Shown here: positions 37,318-48,975 of the stretch, one piece after another
How the letters are laid out: each line of letters opens with the position of its first letter
Position numbering within the stretch: position 1 is the stretch's first letter
IMG/VR virus record: IMGVR_UViG_643886092_000009
Length of the DNA stretch: 64,000 nt
Reading direction: 5' to 3' (one strand)
Origin: an uncultured virus (IMG/VR IMGVR_UViG_643886092_000009)
Taxonomy: Duplodnaviria > Heunggongvirae > Uroviricota > Caudoviricetes
Program-made: the position numbers and the translations under genes
Notes under the pieces: model-generated
The model's database searches: none
What the model was told of the DNA's origin: nothing
Seen by the model: the letters and a program-made list of their open reading frames with translations, nothing else

Positions 37318-40300
37318 TTGTTTAAGAAGATACGATATAAGAAACAAAAGAAATTGGATAAACTATCAGCGGAAAACGATATAGTTTTTAATCCGACTTC
37401 GAGAAAACAAAAGAGACATGGTATAAGAAACAAGTTAGTGTTCAGCGTATTGTCACTGTCATTATTTTTACCTATGCTAGAGCCATTAACTGCATTTGCC
37501 GACCCCACAACGGGAGGACAAACTCAGCAACCTCAAACTACCACACCTCAAGACCCGAACGCAGGTGGTGGACAACCTCAACAACCAAATGGTGGAGGTC
37601 AGCAACCACAACAGCCGGGTGGTAACGGTACTGGTACAGGAGAAAACTCAAACGATGCTCGTAAGAACAATGTAACCGTAGGTAAGATGGCTACATTAGG
37701 GGTATCAAGTGAGCAAGGTTATAAAGCTGATATGAGCAGTTTATCAGGGAATGAGTTAAGAACTTTAGGCGTATTTATATCAAACTATTATGTTCCGTTT
37801 AGTACCCAAGTGGGTAACGTAAAAGACGAGAAAGACTCAAAAGAAGTGCAAGATAGTATTGTAAAAGCGTTGACTGAAACGAATGCATTCGAAAAAGGTA
37901 TCGCTGAAAAGATATCTAAAGTTGTTACGAATGCAAGTAAACAGAGTGTTCAACCTTTATACTTTGCACAATCAAAAGATGGAGAGAATTTCGAAGCGGT
38001 AGACGGTGGTAATGGTAAGAAAGGTAAACACGCTACATTCTACGAATTCTTAGACCAAATTAGCGGTTATGCATACAAACGTTCCAATGAATTACCATAC
38101 CCTGATATTAAAGATGGGGTAGACAAGAATGGTGATAAAATGGTGTCTGCCTATAAAGGTAGTGTTTGGAATTATGACCCTAACTCTAAGAAAAACGAAG
38201 GTGCATTATATTGGGGTAGTGCGGACAAAGTAGACAAGAGTCATATCATGTTTAACTGGAATCCAACAAGTAGTGATGGTGGAGGTCAAACCGCTTCTCA
38301 AACGGTAATGGCTGAAATTTATAAATACTTAGACCCTGAAAATAGTGTTGGTACTTCATTCTTAGACTACACGGAAAAAGAACGTGGTAAAGGTTCTAAA
38401 GGTGAAACAGTTACTAAAATGTTAGAGGAAGAGAAGTTTAAGAAAGACTCATCAATTGAAGCTATCTATAAACGCTCAATGTACGACTGGAAAATGTATG
38501 TGGATGCTATCGGTAATATCTTAGTAGACACAGGGAAGCGTCAGTATGTTGTAGTTCCTGCCGCAATGAACCCTTTCATCTTTAAAAAGAAAGAAACAGA
38601 TAGCGGTGGTAAAGAGTTAGACTTCGGACGTGCAGTTCCTATCAATAACTTCGTTTCATTAGCATTAGCTAGTAAAGGAAACCTTGTAACTGGTAAGCCT
38701 ACGCAACATACAGCGTATTTCAATTTAGGAAACATTTATGATAAGTTTTCTAAAGATACAAAGTATAAGCAACCGGCATTATATAAATTCCCTGGCTCTA
38801 AAGATGTAGATTGGACAGAGAAACAGAGTTGGTCAGATACAGGTACAACTTTATCTGAGGGTTTACTAGACTCGTTAACTACCCAGTTTGCAATAAATAG
38901 CTATGGTGTAAAAGGTGATAAAGATTGGGGTAAGTGGTTAAAACGTACTACAGAAAGTTTCTCTGTAAACAAAGGTAATGACATTCAAAGTTATGACCAC
39001 GATAAACTTACAAAAGAGAAGACTTTCCCATTCTCGTTCAATACGAATGAGTTTAATGGTAACGATGCAATCTACGCCCCACGTAGTGGTTTAAATTCAA
39101 AACCCGGACATTTCATCATAGGAGACTTAGTAGCCTTTGATAACTTAGGTGCATTGAATACAACTACTACACAACCAGCTCAACCGCAACAAGGTGGAGA
39201 CCAAGCACAACAACAACAGCAACAACCACAACAAACTCCAACGGCTGATACAAGTAGTGATGGTAAGCCATTAACGTTAGATTCTTACAAGAAGAACTAT
39301 AAGGTAATTGCTGATAAAGGTCATGAAGTTATTAAACGTACTCCTAATGCATTATGGGATACAGACGGTAAACCTTTAATTGACTATAAAGATATTAGTT
39401 CTGACGGTGCTTTCGGTGATAAACTTTCACCTAAAATCAATGAAGTAAGTGTAGCGAAAAACCAAATCGCACGAGATTATGGTGCTAACTTATTTGTAAC
39501 GTACATGTTTGCGGCACTTGGAGGTAAAGAAGGGGTAGACAAGGTTGGGTTCGAAATCGGATTCACTAGATTACCTACTTTTGATGGAAACCTAGCTTTA
39601 GAAGGTGCAGTAACAGAAGCGGATAAGAAAGCAGAAAAAGAAGCAAACGTAGACGAATTAATGAACATGGCTTATTACTTCTTACACCCAACAGAAGGTA
39701 TTTCTTACTTCTCACGTTGGGCTAAGACTAAAATCGGTGCTTTCTTTGTTGGTTGGCACAATGACATGACTGGTGCAAGTAACGCTCAAAACACAACTGG
39801 TTATACTAGGTATATAGGATTTAACGGATTTACAACCATGCCTTCCTTATCAGACATGCAATGGACAGACTGGATGGTGAAAAGCTATCTAGACTGGGGT
39901 ATCTATTTAATTATTTTCGTGGTAGTTATCATGATATTCTATGTGGCTATCGGTGAAATAAGTATACAACGGGCAATATTAGGTGTCGGTATATTCTCCT
40001 TATGTTTATACCTACCACCAATAGCGATAAACTCTAGTGTAGAATTTACAAACTCCGTAAGTAACTCAATTTACGGTAAGAAGTTCTTATATTGGGGTAT
40101 TGTTCAGCAACAAACGTATGCGAAGAAAATAGACGAAGTTGCTAAGAAAGGTGAAGAAGGTAAGTCAGACGATTATACAATCGGACTTATGAGATTACAA
40201 GGTGAAAACAATAAAGGTCTTTATGCAGATAATACCTCTATTGGACGAACTGTAACTCTTAAATGGATGGCTCCTAAAAAGGATAACTATTTATACCAAA

Positions 40301-42822
40301 TTGAACAAGAAATTAAAGGTTCAACTGGTAATATGAGTCCTATGTTCCAACGAGTTCTCAACAATACCTTAGCAGGTAATTTAAGTGGAGAACGTTATGT
40401 AGATTCAAACGAAGCGTTATATTTATACAGAACATACACAGATATCGGTAACTACGCTCGTTATTACTACGGTAACTTAATGGGTGATAAGGTTTACGAT
40501 ACAGGCGCAGTGAATCATGATATTGGAGACACAAGTGCAAGTATGGGTAACGTAAATATGACAAGGCAGTATGAGTCTTACATGCAAGGAACGAAGGAGA
40601 ATTCTTTAACGGAACGTAAAGAGAAAGGTTTCATCAACGATGAACAAGACGCTATTCATGGGGCTTCAACAGATAAAACGAAAGTAAAACGTCTGTACGC
40701 TCCGTTATCTAGTGAACCTGTAGCTAAATCTTCTCAACAAAGAATTAGTAAAGTAAACGTAGGTGATGAAGTTGGTTTACGAAAAGAGTATTTCAATACG
40801 ACTGTTCGTAACTTCAATAACCACGGTCAATCATTACAGGAACAGATAGCAGGTGGCTCTAGTGCAACATCTGAAAACCTAGCGAGTACGGCAAGTTTCG
40901 CATTGTTTACAGAGAGTCCTTTCTATTACTTCTCATGGTTCTTATATGATAATGGTATGAAGTTTGAATCAGGTAAACATGATACTTTCAGAAACTTAAT
41001 GATGAAAGATAACGATTCATTCTTCTATAACTACAAGATTAAGAAAGAATCATCGGGGTATGGAGAGTTAAAAGACTATATGGACATGGGTTCTATGTTC
41101 CATACAATCATTCCATACTTACGTGAAGTAAACAAACCGTTAAAAGAATGGTCATCTATCTATGGTACAAAACCTTATCCTGAGATTCCAACTAAGGAAG
41201 AAGATTTTGCAAACCAAGGTGACAAGAATTCAGAAGAGTATTATAAGTATTGGTTCAACATTAGTCTTGCAAGGTTATTTAACACATATACTCCTTGGGT
41301 AGACGCAATGTATGATACAGACTACGCTAAACCTGAGAATATCACGTATGGCGGTAAAAAGCAAACAATCATCGACCCTATTAACCCTAAGTCATATGAA
41401 ATTAGACCAATGGTATTCAGTGAGTCAGAAATGGCTTACTATGGTTTAAAAGACTATAACTTAACTACGGTTGAGAGTAAAATTATTAAAGTACAACGTC
41501 AAACACGTAATGATTTACTACGTTTGATGAACTACTATAATTTCGATGATAATGTATTGAATCAAACAGCTTCAATGATTATGACTTTCAACTTTAATAA
41601 AGAGTTCTCACAAGAAAACTTTATTACAGAAAGTTTCGTTCAATACCCACAAAGCTTTGAATTAAAGAACTTCTCGTATGACGCTTACCTACGTCTAATC
41701 TTAGCACAAACTACAGGGGAGACGATTACAGGTGATGATGGTAAACTATCAATCTATGATAGAGTAGTAGAGAAATCTAGTATTCTAACTGGTATTTTAC
41801 TAGTGTTAGGTGATATCGTTGCAATTTACGGTATTCCAACTATGAAGTTTGTATTCTTAGTTTTAGTGTTTGTATTATCAGTCGTAACGATATTCGTTAA
41901 GGCTCTGAGGGTAGAGATATCCTTTAGAAGAGTAGTTTGGCAAGCATTAGCGAAACCTTTAATACAGTTTTGTGGTGTTACATTAGGTCATTCGCTAGTA
42001 ATCTCATTCTTTATGTCAGAAGGTTTAACAGATGTAACTGGTAAGACTACTTACTCAATTGCATTAGGAGACCCAGTTATGACATTAGTAGTATTACTAC
42101 TAATAAACATCGTAACCTTAGTTCTTTACTCATTCATTGTAATGGGACTTGTAAGAAGCTTAATTGTATATGGTAAACTTGCAGGTACGATTGTTGGGGG
42201 TATTGTTGCTTCAGCAGGAACATTCGCATCGGCTACCGCAGGTAAAGTTACAGGTAGCGTAAACGATAAAATGTTCGGATATGGCGGTTCAGAAGCAAAC
42301 GGTAAATCAGCCCCATCTTCTACAAGCGCTCAAGCCGACCCTGAGACAAGAGGTTCTAGAAACGTAGAGCCTGAGTTATCAGTAAGGGAAGACATGAGAT
42401 ATCGTAGAGCAAACGAGGAAGCTTACGGTTCAAAAGAGCGTCCTAAAGACAATACGAATGTAGAAGACATGATTAATAGGGGTAAAGAGAACTTCCAAGA
42501 ATCCGAAAGAGAACGATATAAAGAACAAAGAAATTACTCCAATGACTTAAATGATTATGACTTGAACGACATTGCTGAAAGTAGAAAACATACTCATAAT
42601 CACACTCATAACCACGAGCATAACTATCAAGGTTCTGCCGATGGCAGAGGTAATGTTCCTGAGACTGAGTCATTAGATGAACTAGCGCAGAATAGAAGGG
42701 AAACTCAAACGAGTGATTTACAAAAACCTCATTCTAGCTCTAGAACTGATGCACAGAGAGAATTAGAACGCAAGAAAGCAGAAGCAGATGAAGTGAAAAA
42801 GAAATACAATCTAGACGACTAA
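37318..42822 (+). CDS. giant polytopic membrane protein with large extracellular domains (VirB6-like channel/adhesin candidate)
   Basis: Signal-like N-term, Q/P/G linkers, two TM clusters, charged cytoplasmic tail; heads the T4SS-like cluster. Confidence 0.6.
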   Translation: MFKKIRYKKQKKLDKLSAENDIVFNPTSRKQKRHGIRNKLVFSVLSLSLFLPMLEPLTAFADPTTGGQTQQPQTTTPQDPNAGGGQPQQPNGGGQQPQQPGGNGTGTGENSNDARKNNVTVGKMATLGVSSEQGYKADMSSLSGNELRTLGVFISNYYVPFSTQVGNVKDEKDSKEVQDSIVKALTETNAFEKGIAEKISKVVTNASKQSVQPLYFAQSKDGENFEAVDGGNGKKGKHATFYEFLDQISGYAYKRSNELPYPDIKDGVDKNGDKMVSAYKGSVWNYDPNSKKNEGALYWGSADKVDKSHIMFNWNPTSSDGGGQTASQTVMAEIYKYLDPENSVGTSFLDYTEKERGKGSKGETVTKMLEEEKFKKDSSIEAIYKRSMYDWKMYVDAIGNILVDTGKRQYVVVPAAMNPFIFKKKETDSGGKELDFGRAVPINNFVSLALASKGNLVTGKPTQHTAYFNLGNIYDKFSKDTKYKQPALYKFPGSKDVDWTEKQSWSDTGTTLSEGLLDSLTTQFAINSYGVKGDKDWGKWLKRTTESFSVNKGNDIQSYDHDKLTKEKTFPFSFNTNEFNGNDAIYAPRSGLNSKPGHFIIGDLVAFDNLGALNTTTTQPAQPQQGGDQAQQQQQQPQQTPTADTSSDGKPLTLDSYKKNYKVIADKGHEVIKRTPNALWDTDGKPLIDYKDISSDGAFGDKLSPKINEVSVAKNQIARDYGANLFVTYMFAALGGKEGVDKVGFEIGFTRLPTFDGNLALEGAVTEADKKAEKEANVDELMNMAYYFLHPTEGISYFSRWAKTKIGAFFVGWHNDMTGASNAQNTTGYTRYIGFNGFTTMPSLSDMQWTDWMVKSYLDWGIYLIIFVVVIMIFYVAIGEISIQRAILGVGIFSLCLYLPPIAINSSVEFTNSVSNSIYGKKFLYWGIVQQQTYAKKIDEVAKKGEEGKSDDYTIGLMRLQGENNKGLYADNTSIGRTVTLKWMAPKKDNYLYQIEQEIKGSTGNMSPMFQRVLNNTLAGNLSGERYVDSNEALYLYRTYTDIGNYARYYYGNLMGDKVYDTGAVNHDIGDTSASMGNVNMTRQYESYMQGTKENSLTERKEKGFINDEQDAIHGASTDKTKVKRLYAPLSSEPVAKSSQQRISKVNVGDEVGLRKEYFNTTVRNFNNHGQSLQEQIAGGSSATSENLASTASFALFTESPFYYFSWFLYDNGMKFESGKHDTFRNLMMKDNDSFFYNYKIKKESSGYGELKDYMDMGSMFHTIIPYLREVNKPLKEWSSIYGTKPYPEIPTKEEDFANQGDKNSEEYYKYWFNISLARLFNTYTPWVDAMYDTDYAKPENITYGGKKQTIIDPINPKSYEIRPMVFSESEMAYYGLKDYNLTTVESKIIKVQRQTRNDLLRLMNYYNFDDNVLNQTASMIMTFNFNKEFSQENFITESFVQYPQSFELKNFSYDAYLRLILAQTTGETITGDDGKLSIYDRVVEKSSILTGILLVLGDIVAIYGIPTMKFVFLVLVFVLSVVTIFVKALRVEISFRRVVWQALAKPLIQFCGVTLGHSLVISFFMSEGLTDVTGKTTYSIALGDPVMTLVVLLLINIVTLVLYSFIVMGLVRSLIVYGKLAGTIVGGIVASAGTFASATAGKVTGSVNDKMFGYGGSEANGKSAPSSTSAQADPETRGSRNVEPELSVREDMRYRRANEEAYGSKERPKDNTNVEDMINRGKENFQESERERYKEQRNYSNDLNDYDLNDIAESRKHTHNHTHNHEHNYQGSADGRGNVPETESLDELAQNRRETQTSDLQKPHSSSRTDAQRELERKKAEADEVKKKYNLDD

Positions 42823-42838
42823 AAGGAGGGTAAACCAT

Positions 42839-44971
42839 TTGATTGCTCTCGTGGTTGGTTTTATTCTTCCTTTGTTAGTTTGGATAGTTACATTACCTTT
42901 AAAGTTCGCATTATATTTAGCTGAAAAATCGTTAGACGGTTCTAAAAGCTTCCTAACTAAGAAGTATAAGCAAATAAGTGCTAAGGAAAAAGATTATTTC
43001 CAAAAGAATGCAGGGAAAGGTAGCAAACTCGTAAGGTCAACCGCTAAGGTTGGCTTTACTGCTACTAAGATAGGTTTAAACGTAATGGTAAAGTCCATGA
43101 AACTTTTAGTAAAAGTAATCAGATGGACAATCCGAGTTTTAATTTGGATTACGACTCTAGTATCTTTAACCTACACCCTTCTTATCTTTGGTGCACTTGC
43201 GGCTATAATCGCCATAATCGCTTCTGTACAAACACTAGACAAGAGTGGTGGTAATACAGACAGTGCAACACCGAATCAACAAGGTGGTGGCGGTGCAACT
43301 GGTATGGCAGACTACTTTTCCATTGATTGGGGACAAGATTTCAGTAAGCAACTGGATAAGATTGAAGCCGAGAAAGGGGTAGAAGCTAGGAACTGGACGG
43401 AGTTTACGATTATAGCAATGAATACAATGCAGAAAACCAAGAAAGACGGTAAAGCACAAATTATCGTTGCAGGTTTCTTGAATGGGTTAAAAGCGGTAGA
43501 GACAGAACAGAAGTCTTTAACTAGTAAACCACATTTAGCGAAGCAAATGGTTAGATATATTCCTGGCGGAAACCTAGATACGCCATTACAGTTTGATAAT
43601 ACTCATTGGCATGAACTTTCTCCATACTACAACGACTTAAAGTCAGAACGTGGACCGACTGGTTCAGCATATTATTATCCAGACGGGTTTTACGGTATAA
43701 CTCAAAAGTTTAGTAAAGCAGGGGTAGAAGGATTCTTACCAAAACGTACTACACCGATTTATGAAAGAGCATTTAAAGACTTAGGTGTTGAAATGACTCC
43801 TGATAAGTTAAACTGGGTACGTTATGTTGGTAACATTACAAATCAGTACAATGCAGTATTCCTTGAGAAAGGAAACTGGGTTCCGGGTCTAACCGCTGAA
43901 CAATCAAACGATACAGTGTATGTAAACGCATTGATATTAATAAAGTTTGGTGAAATGTATGGTTATGGTGTTAATGAAAAGACTGTTAATCTTTCTAAGT
44001 CAATGTATAAAGGAATGATTGGAGACGAGTATCAGAAATGGTTCTTAGATAAAGGTAAAATGATACAAGGTGCATACGGTATGATTGGTGGACATAAGAA
44101 CTACCCTGCCGATATTAAGAACGGTCAAAGTTATGGTGTTATTTCACCTGACGGACAAGCGCAACAAGGCACATTATTCTCTTATCTAAAAAGTCAGATG
44201 CCACCAAACATTCAACAAAACGTAGACAATAGTAGTGGTTTCAAAACATATAATGCATCTAGGGCGCACTATATGAGGGCTAGATATGATTTAACCGCTT
44301 TACTAACAGGGGTATACGATGTATTTTGGGCATCAAACGCCTTAGGCGTTACACCTCAACAGACTCAACAACCACAACAACCGAATGGTGGAGGACAAAC
44401 GAATCAATCATCAGCAATTGGTGATAAAATCGTAGCCCAAGCCAAGAAATACGCAGAAGACACAAGTTCAAACCGTATAACTTATAGTTATGCAGGTATT
44501 GGTACTACACAAGACTGTTCTTCATTCGTAAACGGTATTTTACGTGAGTTGGGGTATGCGATTGATGGGAAAACATTAACTCCTGAGCCATTAGCAAACG
44601 GTAATTTCAACTATGTAAGGAATACAAGCCAAATGGTAGACGCTGTTAGAAAGAAACCTGAGGTATTAGTTAAGTTAGACGGATATACTGGTACACAAGG
44701 TATACCCCGTTCAGTACTTGAACCTATCTTACAGCCAGGAGACATCCTATTAGCAGGTGACAGTGAGCGTAACCATACTGCAATTTATGTTGGTAGAAAC
44801 TCAAAAGGTGATTATGTAACTATTGAATCCAAAACTAGCTATCCACATCAATTTAGTAGTCATAGTGATATGGAACTTACACAAGGGAAGTATGGTTTCG
44901 GATATGATAGAATCAGAGAAGGAAATACAAAATACAAGTATTTAATTCGTATGGGTAATGTAATCAAATAA
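42839..44971 (+). CDS. membrane-anchored cell-wall hydrolase, C-terminal NlpC/P60-CHAP-like domain (VirB1 analogue)
   Basis: DCSSFVNGIL...LQPGDILL...HTAIYVG; N-terminal TMs. Confidence 0.8.
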   Translation: MIALVVGFILPLLVWIVTLPLKFALYLAEKSLDGSKSFLTKKYKQISAKEKDYFQKNAGKGSKLVRSTAKVGFTATKIGLNVMVKSMKLLVKVIRWTIRVLIWITTLVSLTYTLLIFGALAAIIAIIASVQTLDKSGGNTDSATPNQQGGGGATGMADYFSIDWGQDFSKQLDKIEAEKGVEARNWTEFTIIAMNTMQKTKKDGKAQIIVAGFLNGLKAVETEQKSLTSKPHLAKQMVRYIPGGNLDTPLQFDNTHWHELSPYYNDLKSERGPTGSAYYYPDGFYGITQKFSKAGVEGFLPKRTTPIYERAFKDLGVEMTPDKLNWVRYVGNITNQYNAVFLEKGNWVPGLTAEQSNDTVYVNALILIKFGEMYGYGVNEKTVNLSKSMYKGMIGDEYQKWFLDKGKMIQGAYGMIGGHKNYPADIKNGQSYGVISPDGQAQQGTLFSYLKSQMPPNIQQNVDNSSGFKTYNASRAHYMRARYDLTALLTGVYDVFWASNALGVTPQQTQQPQQPNGGGQTNQSSAIGDKIVAQAKKYAEDTSSNRITYSYAGIGTTQDCSSFVNGILRELGYAIDGKTLTPEPLANGNFNYVRNTSQMVDAVRKKPEVLVKLDGYTGTQGIPRSVLEPILQPGDILLAGDSERNHTAIYVGRNSKGDYVTIESKTSYPHQFSSHSDMELTQGKYGFGYDRIREGNTKYKYLIRMGNVIK

Positions 44972-45041
44972 GCATAACTCATAACTGATAAAACGTAACG
45001 AAGTATAAAACCGAAGTAAATAGGTAAGAAAGTAAGAAGGT

Positions 45042-45070
45042 AGGGTTGTCAAAAATGACAGCCCTTTTCT
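45042..45070 (+). terminator. intrinsic terminator inside the transfer cluster
   Basis: AGGGTTGTCA-AAAA-TGACAGCCCTTTT. Confidence 0.75.
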
Positions 45071-45225
45071 TATATAAACAAATAGTGTAGTCAGTCAGAA
45101 AATAGGATAGAATGAAAACAATACCGTATTGTAATACCATTTTAATATCAAAACAAAGTAGAATGAGTTAAAGTCAGAGGTCTATTACACAAACGTAAAT
45201 ATTAGAAGTAGAAGGAGGTCATCTT

Positions 45226-45828
45226 ATGATTACAAAAGGTAAAAAGATATTAAAACTTGCTCTAATAAGCGGTACTGTTATTGGATTCAGTGGGGTAGAT
45301 ATTGCAAAAGCTGAACCAAACGGTATTGATATAGAGAAGCTATATAAAACATATAATAACGAGAGAAACGCTAAGTTATCCATTCAAGGAATTGCTGAGA
45401 AATATGAATTAAATGCAATTATGATGATAACGAAACAGAAACAATGGAACATGTTTGGTCATAACGCAGAAGATTTAGGCGAAGACAATCAAGAAAACAC
45501 TGTAACTGTTAACCCTGTGGGTAAATATGAGTCTAAAGAAGATTTATTCTCTAAATTAGGCGCAAATCTCGAAGAACACAAAGCAAACTACAAGAAATAC
45601 AGAGAAAGTCAAGAAAAACCCGCTGAGGAACAAACAGAAGAAGATGTAATGATGAAGGTTGAGCCTTTAGACTACCTAGCTGAAAGTGAAATCAGTATTG
45701 AGTATTTCTATGACTCTTCAAGAGACCAATTATCACAATTAATTCGTGTTAAAACACCTGATAATGTATTCAGATGTACGGTTATATACGACCATGACGG
45801 ATTAATTAAAAACTTCCTTGAAGCGTAG
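45226..45828 (+). CDS. secreted hypothetical protein
   Basis: AAGGAGG RBS; signal peptide ending AKA. Confidence 0.75.
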   Translation: MITKGKKILKLALISGTVIGFSGVDIAKAEPNGIDIEKLYKTYNNERNAKLSIQGIAEKYELNAIMMITKQKQWNMFGHNAEDLGEDNQENTVTVNPVGKYESKEDLFSKLGANLEEHKANYKKYRESQEKPAEEQTEEDVMMKVEPLDYLAESEISIEYFYDSSRDQLSQLIRVKTPDNVFRCTVIYDHDGLIKNFLEA

Positions 45829-45837
45829 GAGGTAAAC

Positions 45838-46461
45838 ATGAAAGAATTGTTACGAAACAAGAAGGTTCTTATCTCCTTAGGGGTAGTTGCAGTTGTAGGT
45901 TTAAGTAGTTGGTTTGGGTACAGTAAATATACAGACCATAAGAACTATGAACTCCAACAAGACCAACTCGTTAAAGAAGCAAAAGAAAGAGATAAGAAGT
46001 TAGAAGAATTAAGACAGAAGGAATTAAAGAACTCAAACTCTTATAAGTTTAACAAACAGGAGAGGGAAGAGGTAAAGGATTCCAAGTTAGATAAAGATGA
46101 CTTAGACTTAGCAAAGAGATTTAATCGTTCAGAAGTAGAGTCTCACGCAAAAGCTATTCTAAGTATCAATGATGAAAAGACTAGAGAGTATGCAATGAAT
46201 AACTTACCTCTATCAAAAGAAGCAACTACAAAATACTTTGGAAATGCGAAAAACATCTTTTACGGTGGCTATAACAATGTAAATGTTCAAATCATGTATA
46301 CAGGGGTAGATTACTCTGAGACAGAAAAGAACTATAAAGCAAACGTAATAGCAAAAGTAGTTTCTCGTAATGAAGGGCAAGAAAATGTCGCTCCAAAAGT
46401 AGAAACAATTAGTTTGGTTATCGAGTACAGAAGTAATGAAATAACTGGTTGGAAGTATTAA
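45838..46461 (+). CDS. bitopic membrane protein (VirB8-like topology candidate)
   Basis: N-terminal TM, coiled coil, beta-rich C-term. Confidence 0.55.
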   Translation: MKELLRNKKVLISLGVVAVVGLSSWFGYSKYTDHKNYELQQDQLVKEAKERDKKLEELRQKELKNSNSYKFNKQEREEVKDSKLDKDDLDLAKRFNRSEVESHAKAILSINDEKTREYAMNNLPLSKEATTKYFGNAKNIFYGGYNNVNVQIMYTGVDYSETEKNYKANVIAKVVSRNEGQENVAPKVETISLVIEYRSNEITGWKY

Positions 46462-46516
46462 CTAGTATTCGTGCTTACCTGTTCTTTAACAAATAAATAG
46501 AAACGAGGTATCAAGC

Positions 46517-47854
46517 GTGGGTGGTAATCAATTTCAAGACGCTATGAGACCAAAGAAAGGTGAAAGAGTAATAAACCTTCCGATTACATTTAGTAAACGT
46601 AGTGAAGGTACAGTTAACAAGACAACCTTGTTTTGGGTAATAGCAATATCAACCGTGTTATTCTTAATCTATGTGTATGGGGTATTAACAGGCTCGAAAC
46701 CTTTTTACTACAAGATTCCTTTAGCACTCCTTAGTACATATGTCTATACCTTCATTCTTAGGTTCTTAGTTTTCCAAGAAGGACGAATAAGTGATGCCTA
46801 TGAAACGATGGTAGAAAAAGACTATGAACAATCTACAAACGCTTTTTGGAATATCTACAATATTAGTCCTAAACCACCATTTACAGTACATTACGCAAAT
46901 GGTTTAAAAGGTATCTTTGTTAGATTAGATAAAGACGTAGTAGTTGGTCAGGAAGACAACATGGAATTCACACATTTTGAGAAACTAGCTGATATGTACA
47001 ATGTAGCGCACCGATTAGGTTTAGATATGGTAAACATAGACTACATGGATATCGTAGGTAATGATTCTCGTATGCAAAGCATGTATGCAAAAGCTTCAAA
47101 CTGTGAAAATGAATCTTTAAAACAAATCTTACTAAGCATGTGTGGATATTTAGAGTATGAAATGAGCCTAGACTATACGAGTTATGATGTGTACTTATTT
47201 ACAGGTCGTATTAGTGAAGAAGCTTTATTCTACAACGTAAGGGAAGTATTAGATGCAGGTATGTACGCAAACTACAAGTCATACACATTAATCGACCCTA
47301 ATCAGTTAAGAAATATGACTCAATCCATTATGAACTTAGAAAACTTCTCAAGACTTCAAGCTGAGAAAGAAGTAATCATGAATACATTAAGTAAAACGAT
47401 TACTCCTATCAAGTTAATTAGAGAAGATGGTACAGAAGAGATTTATAATAAGACTAGAGCGCAGTTAGAGGAAGACAAGAAATTCCAAGAAGCTATGAAA
47501 GCTGAAGAGAAACGTAAGAAGAAAGAAAGTAAGAATAAGAAGTCTAAAACTTCTGATGTTGTCAAAGAAAACAAAGATGAAAGTCAAGATAAACTGGGTG
47601 ACTTCTTTGAAAGCACAACTATCTTGGATGACTCCTATTTAAATGATGAAGTCGTAGAAGAAGTAAAAGTAGACGATGTTAAGAAACCTGTTTTACGTAA
47701 AGAAAGCGAAGTTATTACACGTAAAGAGGAAGTAGAAGTTAAGAAAGAAGAAGTAAAACCTAATATCGTTGAAACTGAAAAGCCGAATACGAAAGAAACA
47801 AAGAAAGACAGTAAAGTAAACTTATTCAGCGATTCAGAAGACGAAGGATGGTAA
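46517..47854 (+). CDS. two-TM transfer protein (PrgI/VirB3-like N-term candidate) with charged tail
   Basis: Two adjacent TMs near the N-term, upstream of the VirB4-like gene. Confidence 0.5.
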   Translation: MGGNQFQDAMRPKKGERVINLPITFSKRSEGTVNKTTLFWVIAISTVLFLIYVYGVLTGSKPFYYKIPLALLSTYVYTFILRFLVFQEGRISDAYETMVEKDYEQSTNAFWNIYNISPKPPFTVHYANGLKGIFVRLDKDVVVGQEDNMEFTHFEKLADMYNVAHRLGLDMVNIDYMDIVGNDSRMQSMYAKASNCENESLKQILLSMCGYLEYEMSLDYTSYDVYLFTGRISEEALFYNVREVLDAGMYANYKSYTLIDPNQLRNMTQSIMNLENFSRLQAEKEVIMNTLSKTITPIKLIREDGTEEIYNKTRAQLEEDKKFQEAMKAEEKRKKKESKNKKSKTSDVVKENKDESQDKLGDFFESTTILDDSYLNDEVVEEVKVDDVKKPVLRKESEVITRKEEVEVKKEEVKPNIVETEKPNTKETKKDSKVNLFSDSEDEGW

Positions 47855-48037
47855 AAGTAATCCAAAGAGGGGTAGAGGTTGTAAATAGACCTTCCCTCTT
47901 CTTATCTTTAATGTACTTTAGAATATAAGGTATGAACTTATATTTTAAATTATGGTAACGATAAGTATTATCATAGAAACAGTATAAATAATTTAAGTAT
48001 ATGAGATAAAAAGTCAAACAGCAGGGAGGTTATAGAT

Positions 48038-48958
48038 ATGAGAACATTATTGGCATTTGGAGATATTACAGAAGGTGTCAAACAAGAAATTAACGAACTA
48101 GACGATAGTGTAGATATTAGGGCATATACAAGAGCCTATGACTTAATTGAAAATATTACGATTCTAAGACTTAATTTTGACCGTATCGTATTGACACATG
48201 CAGGGGTAAAGACGCAACAAGAGTTAGTAGATTTAAACAAGTTTTTAAGGAAGGAACATCCAAGGGCTACAGTAGTCTTTATGTTCCCAAAAGGAAAAGA
48301 AAATGCAGAAAAGAAAGCTAAGTTCTTCAATGAGGTATTTAATTCACCTTTATATACAGACTTAGCAGTAGAAGAACAAAACTTATCTATCCTACTGAAA
48401 AGTGTAAGAGGGGGTATAGATGAGATTCGTGAACAGTATTCCGCAAACAAGCAAGATGAAATTGATGATGATTTGTTAGAAGACGATTATGACGAAGAAG
48501 AGAACGAAGAATCAGCAGAAGCTACAAGAGAATTAGAAATACAACCGATGGTTGTCTTACCACAACGGAAAAGACAGTATAAAAGATACGGATTTTTTGG
48601 TCTAAAGAAACTGTCCAAAGTCCAATTGCAAACAAAACAACAAAATATGCAAATAATTATGGCTTACTTGCAACACATAAAAGGAGATAATAACGTACAA
48701 GGTGAAACATTTGAACAGGATATTCATAGTCAAGTGTTACAAGAAGGTCATAACCAAGATAAATCTATGCAAACAAGTAATGATAATGTGTATAACGTAA
48801 ATGAAAAATCAAAGGAACTAAGTGAAAAATTAAGTAACCCGACACCTTCTCGTACATTCACAGAGTTAGATTTTGGGTTCTATAATTTCATCAATACTTA
48901 TGATGGTAGACCGATGGTTTCTCAAGAAGGTTCAGGTTATAAACAGCTTTATAAGTAA
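48038..48958 (+). CDS. hypothetical protein, receiver-like (Rossmannoid) N-domain
   Basis: beta/alpha pattern RTLLAF...FDRIVL...ATVVFM; canonical phospho-Asp not evident. Confidence 0.5.
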   Translation: MRTLLAFGDITEGVKQEINELDDSVDIRAYTRAYDLIENITILRLNFDRIVLTHAGVKTQQELVDLNKFLRKEHPRATVVFMFPKGKENAEKKAKFFNEVFNSPLYTDLAVEEQNLSILLKSVRGGIDEIREQYSANKQDEIDDDLLEDDYDEEENEESAEATRELEIQPMVVLPQRKRQYKRYGFFGLKKLSKVQLQTKQQNMQIIMAYLQHIKGDNNVQGETFEQDIHSQVLQEGHNQDKSMQTSNDNVYNVNEKSKELSEKLSNPTPSRTFTELDFGFYNFINTYDGRPMVSQEGSGYKQLYK

Positions 48959-48975
48959 AGAGACGGTGATGTAGA

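Noticed and set aside
42595..42621. HTHNHTHNHEH as a relaxase HUH motif
   Set aside because: It is a low-complexity repeat in the disordered tail of a membrane protein, with no relaxase context.
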